Shown piece after piece: positions 21,913 through 33,100 of a DNA stretch of 64,000 bases (its first letter is position 1; each line of letters begins with the position of its first letter). The position numbers were made by a program, and so were the translations under genes. Location: NCBI GenBank assembly GCA_964016885.1, contig OZ024741.1, positions 395,746,001 to 395,810,000 of the forward strand, in the 5' to 3' direction. Source of the DNA: Eledone cirrhosa (Eukaryota). Under the pieces are notes generated by a model, which saw only the letters and a program-made list of their open reading frames with translations, was not told where the DNA came from and made no database searches.

Positions 21913-24900
21913 GGCGACCTACGTAGGAAATCGTATTATCGTGAGCTCCGCAAGGGTTTGTTGTTTTCAGTTCTTTCAAATTACCAGTTATGGAAAATGT
22001 TTGTTGTTAAGTGTTTATAAGTTGACATATATTGCTTTCTGAAAAGGACACAAAAAAATATTGGGGCTTTGAGCCCAAAACTTAAACTTTTTATTTATCA
22101 AATAAAATGTTTCTTTGAAAAAAAAACATGGACGACAAATTTACTTTTTTTAACAGACCAACACCCCCGCCCCACCAACACCAACACCAACACTATTGTA
22201 AGCCTTGCCAAGGTTGCCAACACAGAAAATATAATTAATAGCAGTCTCAATTATTTAAATTTGCCGCATAAAGACATGGATTTCCCGCCATTACCAATAA
22301 GTGCAGGTTTTAAAGCCGCCGCCCCCACCACCACAATGTCAAAAAGAACAACGAACACCACTGATACCACCACCACCACCACAGCGACAACAGAAACCAA
22401 AAAAAATAAATTATTATCTCGTGACATCAAAATGGATTCACCCAGAATCGACTCTTCCACGCCGAACACCACTGACACCACCACCACCTCCACCACAACT
22501 AAAACTAAAAATAACAACAACAACAACAACAACAACAATGAGAATAACAACATCAACACCACCGCAAATCAAAATGTGTCGTTTACCAAAGCAGCCAAGA
22601 AAAAAGATGGGTACAGTGTCAGTCCCCCCCCCCCCAATCACACACACCTAATAAAATGGAGCATCGGCGCCTATGCACCGTGTCTTATCGGACGATAAAC
22701 ACAAAATCACGCCGAGTGGAACGGGAATCCGAGTCCCAAATACAAAAAGCTTTGGGACATGTGTGGGCGAAAAAACCCACATCAGACGTGGGCAGAAATA
22801 TGGAACCGTGGACGTGTTCTTTGGAACACCACAGGAAGCCAGAGAGCACTCCATGGCCCCATTAAGAAGCGACGACTTCACACTCATCCCAAGCTATTGT
22901 GGTCAGAGACTCGTGAAGATCAGGGTGACCCACGTTCTACCGGCCATCGAAATTCCGTGGCTAATGGCTGCCGTCCTCGCCGGCATCGAGGCCAACACGA
23001 AAATAATTGAAATAATAAAAGAAAAGCTGGAGAACTGGTCCGGATTTGGGATGGAGCTCCTGATCCAAGCGGACTAAAAAAACATTGACGAAATTCCAGA
23101 GGTAATAGACCTCACTGACCGCAGCCACCTCACCGTAATCGTTGAGGGTAGAAGGCCTAGGTGTGTCGTTTGTGGTGAAGGAACCCACCTAAAGACTTTC
23201 TGCCCTCAGGCTAAAAAGTTGAGGCCACCTCTTTTACCCACCCGAGTGATTCAACCACCAACAGCACCAGCAGCAGAAATGGCAGCAATAACTGTAGCAG
23301 CAATAACAGAAGCAACTGTAGCAGCAACAACCCCAGCAACAGTAGCAAAATCAACACCACCACCACCACCCACCGCGCCAGAATTAACACCAGCGCCTCC
23401 ACCATCCACCACGCCACAACCAAAACCAACGCCTGTGGAGGATTTTCCACTCCCCGACCTATCGCAACTGGAGACAGATTGTGACGACGAGGAGTGGGAA
23501 ACTGTATCAGGAAAAAAGAAAAAAAGAAAAAGAACCCCAAAAAGAAAAAAATCCTCTTCCTTCCCCCTCCAAAAACAAAATACAGGGGGAAACAAATAAA
23601 CTAACAAACAAAAAACTTAGGACAGCTATGCCACCATCCACACCAGCATCATGAACCCATCACCACAAACACCAACACCATCACCATCATTAACCCCAAC
23701 ACCACCATCACCAACACCACAAAAGTCACCAAAAAGCGAAACAGAAACAAACCCACAACAAACGCAAACAAAACAAAACAATCAAAACGATACACACTAA
23801 ACAGCATTAAATTTGAACAACAACCAATTATTACACTACATCCAACACAACACTAGCATCACAGAAAAAGACTACACAACACCACAAAAATTCACACCAC
23901 CTCCACACAAACAAATCACTCGCATAACAAAGAAAACGTACACGACACTAAAACAAAAATTCCCCAAGGACATCGGAGACTTCCGACAAACACTCTCCAG
24001 GAGGATTTATAAGGACATCCTCCTGGAGGAGGCCACAAGTAATGAGTAGGATGGAGAAACTTTCCTTCCTCTACGAGAAGTAAGGTAAGTTGTCTTTCCC
24101 ATCATTTCCACCACTTTTCAATATGACCTCACTCAGAATAGGCAGCATAAATGCGCGTGGCTTGGGGTCGTCATGGAAGCAGGGTCACCTGCTGAACGAC
24201 CTCAGGTCACTAAACATAGATGTGGTGGCCATCAGCGAGACCAGAATCTCCGAAGCATGGGCCTTCGCACCGATCTTCGGCGGCTACGATGTGTACGCAT
24301 CTCCCAGTCGTCCTGGATCGGGGGGGGGGGAGTTGCTGTGCTTTTTCGGAGAGGTTTGGATCTCGCCATACGGGCCATCTTCCTGGACCCAGAAGGTGGT
24401 GCTGGACGTGACCAGCGGAGGCGAGCAAGCTTTCAGGCTAGTGGCCGTCTATGCTCCGACAGGCGCAGGGCGGTCTGATTTCTTCCGGCGTCTGGAGACC
24501 TTTCTTAGAACGTCACGCTCTTTAGTGATAGTGGGCGACTGGAACGGGATCTTAGATGCACGCTGGGACTGTGTGGGATTAGCGGATAGGGGAGGAGGGT
24601 GCAAGAGCCTCACCAACCTGCTCAGGCGTTTTGAACTCTCTGACAGGTACCAATTGGATTTCCCGAATGTGCCAATGTGGACTTGGACAAACCGCATCGG
24701 ATCATCCAGATCATATCTAGTTAGAGTATTTTGTAGGGAAATAGATAGGTCTAGCATAGTTTGTCCTCAATTCAAGATAGTCAGCTACACGGACCACAAA
24801 TTCGTGATCTGTGTGGTTGACTTAGATAGGCTTCATAGACAAGGACCCGTCTACTGGAAGCTAAACGCGTCATTAACAGCGCGCAAGGCCTAGAGACCGG

Positions 24901-27729
24901 ATTAGCGAACTAGTTAAGCGGGCGTTGACGGAGGCCATCGTCAACAAGTGGTGGTTTGCTCTGAAAAGAGCGATGAGAATAGAGTCCATTAGGTTTTAGT
25001 AAGGCTTTAGCTATAGAGAAAAATAGAGCAGAGGGAGAACTAGTTAGAAAATTAGACGAGGCGCTTAGCAAAGGTATCGCGTCCGACGTACTTGCGGCGA
25101 AATTGGCTCTTGACCAATTCTTCAATGCAAAGCACGAAGGATGCGTTGTCAGAGCTAGGGTGCGTGCTCTCAGACACGAGGGGACGAAAGCCGTTCAATG
25201 GGCCCGAGTGGCGGAGGCGCGTCGTGGCAACAAAGCCACGATCCGGTCTTTGGTGGACCACGACGGGCGCATGCTACTCGATCCCGGGCAAATGTGTGAA
25301 GCTTTTCAGCGACACTTCGCTCAGCTGTTCGGGAGCAGCGGCGGGCCGGATCGAGGGATGGACTTTAGTGTCTACCTCGACGGACTGCCGCGGCTCTCGG
25401 TCACTGAGGTGGAGTGTTGCGAAAAGCCGATAACAGCCGCTCAAGTACGGGAGGCAATGACTGCCTGCACAAGGGGTAAATCGCCTGGTTTGGATGGTCT
25501 GCTCTATGAATTTTACGTACATATGCCAGACTTGTTCGGAGGCCTCTTGGCGGACGTCTACTGCAACTGGCAACAGAACGGGAGAATTCCCAGCTCTGTG
25601 ATCCGAGGTGCGGTGGCGCTGCTGAGAAAGGATCCGAACTAGGGGGATAACATAGATAATTTGGCCAAGATGCTAGCAAAGAGGTTGGCGCTTGTCGTTG
25701 GTGGTCTGGTGGGAGAGGCGCAGACATGCGCCATTCCCGACAGATCCATCCACGACAACCTCCACCTCATGCGATACATCGTGGAGAGGGTAGCTAGGGA
25801 ACCTGACACGGGTGGGTCCTTGATCAATTTAAATCAGTCGAAAGCTTTCGATAGAGTCGACCATCGTTACCTAGCAGCAGTCCTGAGGGCGGCTGGCTTT
25901 GGGCCCGTCTTCAGAGGCTGGATCGCTGCCTTGCACAGCGACATCTGCTCTGTGGTGAGAGTGAACGGTCACCTTTCGGAACCGTTCAACATCATGTGCT
26001 CGGTCCGCCAAGGATGTCCCCTCTTGTCCCTCTTGTACGTATTGACTCTCGAGCCACTACTGCACAAACTGGAGACGTTGAGGGGCGTCCCGCGCGAACT
26101 AGGATGCGGAAGATCCGTGTCAGCATATGCGAACGATGTCACCGTAGTGGTGTCGAACGCCAAACACATCGAGGCGATCGGCACTACACTAAGAGAATAC
26201 GAAGCGGTGACAGGAGCAATGATCAACCAGGAAAAGTCAATGGGCCTGCAGCTCGGCACCTGGAGAGGCAGGTCCATGCCGTCCAACGGCATCGTCGGGC
26301 GCTGGACGGACGGACGGGTTAAATTTCTAGGGGTCTGGTTCGGTCCGGACCTCCAGATGGACAAAAACTGGGACGAGGTGACGAGCAGGATGGCTTCTCT
26401 CACCCAGAAATGGGCGGAGAGGAAGCTATCCCTGAAAGGTCGAGCGGAGGTGGCTAACGCGTACATCGCGTCCGTCATCTATTACCGCCTGACCGTCGTA
26501 CCTTGTCCTAAGCCTCGCCTGACTGCGCTGGAGCGTTTGCTCTTTCGCTTTTTGTGGAAGGGACGCGCTTCGATGGTCAGGCGGTCCATCTGCTGTCAAC
26601 ACCCGCTACGTGGAGGGCTGGGCATGCCGTAGCTGATGATGCGCAGACACGCGCTCAGGCTACGACATCTCCACCTCTTCCTCGACAGTGATCAGGTGTG
26701 GTCGCCGTTTGCTCAACGCGTCTTTCCCCAGCTCGTCTCCTTGACGGAGCTGCAGTCCTTGGTCAAGCGAAGACCGAGAGGGAGCGCTTGGAGACTGGAA
26801 TGTGTTCAGGCGCTCACAGCCCTCGACCAATCGGGCAATGTGATCGGTGGAAACTCCACCTTGGCGTTCTATACAGGATTAGTGGATGGGAAGAGCGACG
26901 ACGTACTTGGAGAAACTCTAGGCGTCGACGAAAATCAACTAGCCAATCTCTTCGGAAGAACTTTCGGGCCGGGGCCTATGGACAACTTCCAGAAACCCTG
27001 GCCTGGCAGTGCTACCGAGGAGCTTTGCCAGTTGGGGATAAACTCTACAGGCATGGAGGTGCCGTCAGCCGGGCATGTCCGAGATGCGCGTAGGGCGACG
27101 AAACCGTCCTGCACGCACTCGTCCAGTGTTCGAGCATTGCTGACTTGTGGGTTTATGTCGAACACCTGCTGTCGCTTGTAGGACGGATCCAGCTATCAGC
27201 TGAGTCCATCGTGAGGATTGTCCCGCCCTCTTCTTTTAGCTGGGAAGGGCAGGCAGTTTTTATTTGTCTGGTGGCCATGGCGAAAGAGATAGTATGGTGG
27301 ACACGTTTGAAAGGACTGAAGACGAGCACTTACCTCTTCGGTGATGCCCTGATTAACTTTTTCAAATTTCATTTGAAAAGGAAAATCAGGGTAGAGAGGG
27401 AAGTGCTCTCTTCCCAGCATTTTGTTGAAAGATGGGTGAGAGAGGCAAGAATGGCCCGAGTGAATACTCTGAGTATGTGTCTGTAAATTAAAGGTGGAAA
27501 ACTGAGAGAGGGCACTTGCCCTGGTGGTCAGGGTCACTGTTGCTTTTTAATGGGCTTTCTCCACAAATGTCCCTCAGAAGTCTCCCCCCTATTGGGGTAT
27601 TTTTCATTGTTATTTTTTTGTTACATCCTCTGTTTTTGTTTTTTTTTACACGCAGAAATGCCCATTTGTACCGTCCTGTATTGTCCTGTACTGTCCTTAA
27701 TGTAAACCCTTGTGGTTAATAAAGAAAGC
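21913..27729 (+). mobile_element. Full-length, disrupted Tx1/L1-type non-LTR retrotransposon B (related family)
   Basis: ORF1 has CVVCGEGTHLKTFC and Thr/Pro-rich tracts. ORF2 24123-27486 is colinear with A. The RT motif reads AYAND. There are stops, frameshifts and a deletion near 25650. It ends AATAAAGAAAGC followed by ATTATTACTATT. Confidence 0.93.
24123..27486 (+). pseudogene. ORF2 (endonuclease/reverse transcriptase) of element B, disrupted
   Basis: Split across track ORFs 24090-24893, 25103-25642, 25661-26632, 26636-27181 and 27145-27486. Confidence 0.9.
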
Positions 27730-27739
27730 ATTATTACTA

Positions 27740-29440
27740 TTTTTTATTTACCTTGCTTTATGTTCATATGAGTTATCACCAAGTCACAACCAGTGACTTC
27801 AAGAGACAACAAGGTCCGCCATATTCTAGAAAGAACACGCATACACACAGATGCATCTTTAGGTGTTTAGACTTGTGATGTACTTATATTGACAGAATCT
27901 TCCTTAGTATATGGGTAGTTCCCATTAATACTATCTTTTGTATTTCTTCTATACGCGGATTTCCTGTGATTTGGGATAAGTAATCATTAGACCCCTTAGG
28001 TATCATTCCTAGAGTGCCTACAACTAATGGTATTGTTTTAGTTCTCAACTCCACATTTTTCCAATCTCTATCTCCAGGTCTTTATACTTGCTCAATTTTT
28101 CAAATGTTTTTATAGATATATTCTTATCTATTGGAACATACATGTCAAATAGCAGGTATACCCTCTTTTTAAAGTCCTTCAGTATTATATCAGGTCTACT
28201 TGCACCTATTTTTCGGTCTGTTTGGATGCTAAAGTTCCACAAAATTGAGATATGACCTTTTTCAAGTACAGGAGGTGGTTGATGCTCCCACCAATTCTTT
28301 TGATGAGGCAGGTCAAAATGCTTACAGATTACCCAATGTATGTATTGTGCAGCTCTGTCGTGCCTGTTTAGGTATTCAGTTGGAGCTATAGGACTGCACA
28401 TTGAAATTATATGATCAATGGTCTCTGGTTGTTTTTGTACATACGCGGCATAATGGGTTGCATCCATTTTTTATTGTTGGCTTGATAATTTTTTGTTGAC
28501 AGACACTGATCTTGTGCTGATATAATCAGTCCTTCAGTCTCCGATTTCAGTCCAGAGGATGCCAACCACTGATGGGTTAAAGTTTTGTCAACATCAAGAT
28601 TGTTAGCTCTTTCTGGGTATTTTCCATACTTGCCATTTCTTAGCCAGTTTCTGTAGCAGTTCTTTCTTTGCAGTTACTTTTACTTGCTTTGCTTTTTCTG
28701 TGTTTTTCATTTTAGCAGTAAATGGAACTTCTGAAATTTGTAGTTCATTACTGTATCTTTGTGCATCTTTTGTAATGGAGTATGATTTTTTGATGTTTTC
28801 ATGTTTCAAAACGAGTTTGATCATCCAATCATATGCCTCCCTTAGATATGTAGATAATCCAATTGTTGCAGTTTTCAAAGCAATATCTAACTGGATTAAT
28901 CCACGTCCTCCTTCTTTCCTAGGGAGATATATTCTGTCTGTATCTGCCTTAGGGTGATGCATTCTGTGAATGGTTGAGAATTTTCTAATTTTTGTATCGA
29001 GCCTATGGATCTCTGTGCTTGACCAGTTGATGACATTGAAACTGTAGGTTACTACTAGTATGGCCAGCGTGTTTATGGCATCGATCCTATTCCTTGCATT
29101 CAATACCCTTCTTAAAATTGCTCTTACTCTGCGGTAACATTCCTTCCTTATCCTTTCCCTCATTGTCGAGTGCTTGATTCCGTCTCCTTCACAAACACCT
29201 AAATATTTGAAAGCTTCCTCTTGATCAAGTTCTCTTATCACATTCCCTCGAACAAGATTAATGTCTGAACTTTTCACCAGCTTTCTTCAGGTGAACGTAG
29301 CTTTGGCGCATTTATCTAGTCAAAATTCCATTTTAATATCATCAATGAACTGCTTCACAGTGGATAATAGCCCTTACAATTACTCATTATTTTTTTACAA
29401 TGAGTTTCAGATCATCCATGTAGAACAAGTGATTAAGGGG
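27740..29440 (-). mobile_element. 5'-truncated R4/Dong-type (RT + restriction-like endonuclease) retrotransposon
   Basis: Minus strand encodes NHLFYMDDLKL (RT), FKYLGV, RIYLPRKEGGRGL, ETIDHIISMC...YLNRHD, RPDII...EKLSKYKDLEIEIGKMW (RLE). It is frameshifted and has a 3' UTR hairpin AAGTCAC/GTGACTT and a TAA-rich tail. Confidence 0.9.
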
Positions 29441-29444
29441 TAGA

Positions 29445-29775
29445 GACCTTAAACATTTCCTCCGGGAGGTATTGTCAGAAGCAACTATTTGTTGATATAT
29501 TATTAAACTAAACAGGACAATAGACAGTTGAATTAGATGATAAACAGCTGAGGGCGAGGTGCCCAGAAGACAACAACGAGAGTAGATTTCACAGCCTATA
29601 GAATATCGAGGAATAAAAAATATTTTAGAGAAGAAACTAGTAAGTTAAATTAGAAGAGACGATTAGAAGATGCATCTCGATGTATGTGTATAAAACGGAA
29701 TGGCCTTCGACCAGTTATTTCCTGGAAAATACGAAAGTGGCGCTGTGAGGTCTGTCCAATCAAATATGGGTGGGG
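29445..29775 (-). mobile_element. Possible old LINE 3' fragment abutting the array
   Basis: Minus-strand TTTTTTATTCCTCGATATTCTATAGGCTGTGAAATCTACTC resembles the FFxPR...LWNxLP C-terminus of CR1/Jockey-group ORF2, but it is highly degenerate. Confidence 0.3.
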
Positions 29776-29876
29776 GAATCCATGGAACTAGGAACCTGAT
29801 TCTGTAACCACTTAGTATTACGTGATATTGTTAATTTCATTACTGATTGCAAGATTTCTTTTTCTTTTAAACACAG

Positions 29877-30154
29877 TAACAACGACCTCACCACAATGTG
29901 TCATGGCTGATATAATGAGTTATATAGATGCTGCAGATATTCAAGTATCAAGTTCGAAATCTGGTCGTCCTACCAGTGATGTACTTCCGGGAGATGAAAT
30001 ATGGACGTCGACAAAAACTGACACATTTCCAAAGATTACATTATCTTTTATATCCAACCCTCGTCAAATACAACAACTGAAACTCAGTAAATTAAACAAC
30101 GTCAAAGCTTACTCCATTACAGTTTACTTTACAAATAGTCCCTCTTTCAAGAAG
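29877..30154 (+). CDS. Array exon A, unit 1 (N-terminal two thirds of the Cys-bracketed domain)
   Basis: Branch-like TACTGAT, acceptor TTTCTTTTTCTTTTAAACACAG| and consensus donor AAG|GTGAGT; 278 nt; encodes VTTTSPQCVMADIMSYIDAADIQVSS...IWTS...NVKAYSITVYFTNSPSFKK. Confidence 0.9.
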
Positions 30155-33100
30155 GTGAGTATTTTAAAAAGAGATTTAAAGCATCTTTCTATTTGCTTAC
30201 TTGTAGACAAATGTTTTGTCTATTTATTTTAAATACATTATTAAATATATATATTGTTGTTATTTATCTATGTCTAGGGAATAATATAGTTATTATTTCC
30301 TACAGAAATACTTTCAAATATCCCAGTGATATATAATTTAATTTAAATAAAACTGTCCATAAATCATAGATTAATAAATAATTTTCCATTGTCTCTATTC
30401 TATTACTAGTGATGAATCAGTAAATATTTGATTCATATTATATTTTCACACCATATAATATATTTTGTAATGGAGCTACATTATTCTTATGTAATCATCA
30501 ATTTTATCTGTAGATGATAAAACCTGATGCCGTTGCTAATATTCCGGTTGGTAATGATACAGTCGAGACCATCATTGTCGGGCTTATCAAAGCAGATAGG
30601 CAACTATCCGTACAAGCCGAAATGAATGTTTACGAATGTGAAAGTGTAAAAACGACCACAGTTGAAAAGACAACAACAATGTCGACAGTAGCAACATCAG
30701 CGAAAATCACGTCTACCACTCCAACAATTACTACGAAACCTATTGTGTCTACAACGATGCCACCAACAACACAAAAAAGCACATATTCCATTGCTACAAC
30801 TACACCTATTTTATCTACATCTATACCACCATCTGTAGGTACGTACATATCATGTTATCTTTCTTTTGTTCATTTTACACCTTCTTCCCAATATATTCTT
30901 TGAAAAACGACAGTTTACAATTTCTCATTCACTGAATCAGAAACATCTCTATATAGGCAGATACTCATGTTTTCTCTCATGGTTTTCTTTAAACATGGGA
31001 CATTAGAATTCATACTACACCTCAATAATATCATAATGTTAAACTATATTACATGTCACAAAGTAATAGAATAATGTCAATGATTGCATATATTACATTA
31101 TGAATTCCATATCAACTAGGAAACCTGATTCCGTAACCACTTAGTATTACGTGATATTGTTAATTTCATTACTGATTGCAAGATTTCTTTTTCTTTTAAA
31201 CACAGTAACAACGACCTCACCACAATGTGTCATGGCTGATATAATGAGTTATATAGATGCTGCAGATATTCAAGTATCAAGTTCGAAATCTGGTCGTCCT
31301 ACCAGTGATGTACTTCCGGGAGATGAAATATGGACGTCGACAAAAACTGACACATTTCCAAAGATTACATTATCTTTTATATCCAACCCTCGTCAAATAC
31401 AACAACTGAAACTCAGTAAATTAAACAACGTCAAAGCTTACTCCATTACAGTTTACTTTACAAATAGTCCCTCTTTCAAGAAGGTGAGTATTTTAAAAAG
31501 AGATTTAAAGCATCTTTCTATTTGCTTACTTGTAGACAAATGTTTTGTCTATTTATTTTAAATACATTATTAAATATATATATTGTTGTTATTTATCTAT
31601 GTCTAGGGAATAATATAGTTATTATTTCCTACAGAAATACTTTCAAATATCCCAGTGATATATAATTTAATTTAAATAAAACTGTCCATAAATCATAGAT
31701 TAATAAATAATTTTCCATTGTCTCTATTCTATTACTAGTGATGAATCAGTAAATATTTGATTCATATTATATTTTCACACCATATAATATATTTTGTAAT
31801 GGAGCTACATTATTCTTATGTAATCATCAATTTTATCTGTAGATGATAAAACCTGATGCCGTTGCTAATATTCCGGTTGGTAATGATACAGTCGAGACCA
31901 TCATTGTCGGGCTTATCAAAGCAGATAGGCAACTATCCGTACAAGCCGAAATGAATGTTTACGAATGTGAAAGTGTAAAAACGACCACAGTTGAAAAGAC
32001 AACAACAATGTCGACAGTAGCAACATCAGCGAAAATCACGTCTACCACTCCAACAATTACTACGAAACCTATTGTGTCTACAACGATGCCACCAACAACA
32101 CAAAAAAGCACATATTCCATTGCTACAACTACACCTATTTTATCTACATCTATACCACCATCTGTAGGTACGTACATATCATGTTATCTTTCTTTTGTTC
32201 ATTTTACACCTTCTTCCCAATATATTCTTTGAAAAACGACAGTTTACAATTTCTCATTCACTGAATCAGAAACATCTCTATATAGGCAGATACTCATGTT
32301 TTCTCTCATGGTTTTCTTTAAACATGGGACATTAGAATTCATACTACACCTCAATAATATCATAATGTTAAACTATATTACATGTCACAAAGTAATAGAA
32401 TAATGTCAATGATTGCATATATTACATTATGAATTCCATATCAACTAGGAAACCTGATTCCGTAACCACTTAGTATTACGTGATATTGTTAATTTCATTA
32501 CTGATTGCAAGATTTCTTTTTCTTTTAAACACAGTAACAACGACCTCACCACAATGTGTCATGGCTGATATAATGAGTTATATAGATGCTACAGATATTC
32601 AAGTATCAAGTTCGAAATCTGGTCGTCCTACCAGTGATGTACTTCCGGGAGATGAAATATGGACGTCGACAAAAACTGACACATTTCCAAAGATTACATT
32701 ATCTTTTATATCCAACCCTCGTCAAATACAACAACTGAAACTCAGTAAATTGAACAACGTCAAAGCTTACTCCATTACAGTTTACTTTACAAATAGTCCC
32801 TCTTTCAAGAAGGTGAGTATTTTAAAAAGAGATTTAAAGCATCTTTCTATTTGCTTACTTGTAGACAAATGTTTTGTCTATTTATTTTAAATACATTATT
32901 AAATATATATATTGTTGTTATTTATCTATGTCTAGGGAATAATATAGTTATTATTTCCTACAGAAATACTTTCAAATATCCCAGTGATATATAATTTAAT
33001 TTAAATAAAACTGTCCATAAATCATAGATTAATAAATAATTTTCCATTGTCTCTATTCTATTACTAGTGATGAATCAGTAAATATTTGATTCATATTATA

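Noticed and set aside
16744-27719. Numerous overlapping short ORFs as host genes, including Thr/Pro-rich ones that look mucin-like
   Set aside because: They are fragments, alternative frames or antisense shadows of Tx1 ORF1/ORF2. The Thr/Pro tracts lie within ORF1 around the zinc knuckle.
29822-30232. 136-aa ORF (x26) with a signal-peptide-like start MILLISLLIARFLFLLN, suggesting a tandem family of small secreted proteins
   Set aside because: It starts at GTG, and the hydrophobic stretch is the translated branch point/polypyrimidine tract. The C-terminal VSILKR... is read-through past the GTGAGT donor. The spliced model explains both.
30835-30840. Alternative donor TCT|GTAGGT 4 nt upstream of the chosen exon B donor
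   Set aside because: It would be phase 0 and break the frame into exon A. It cannot be excluded as a minor site without RNA data.
30630-30848. 72-aa Val-rich minus-strand ORF in every unit
   Set aside because: It is the antisense shadow of Thr (ACN) codons and has no independent support.
30514-30903. 129-aa ORF (x25) as a stand-alone gene
   Set aside because: Its ATG directly follows an AG acceptor, and the tail GTYISCYL... is intron read-through after AG|GTACGT.
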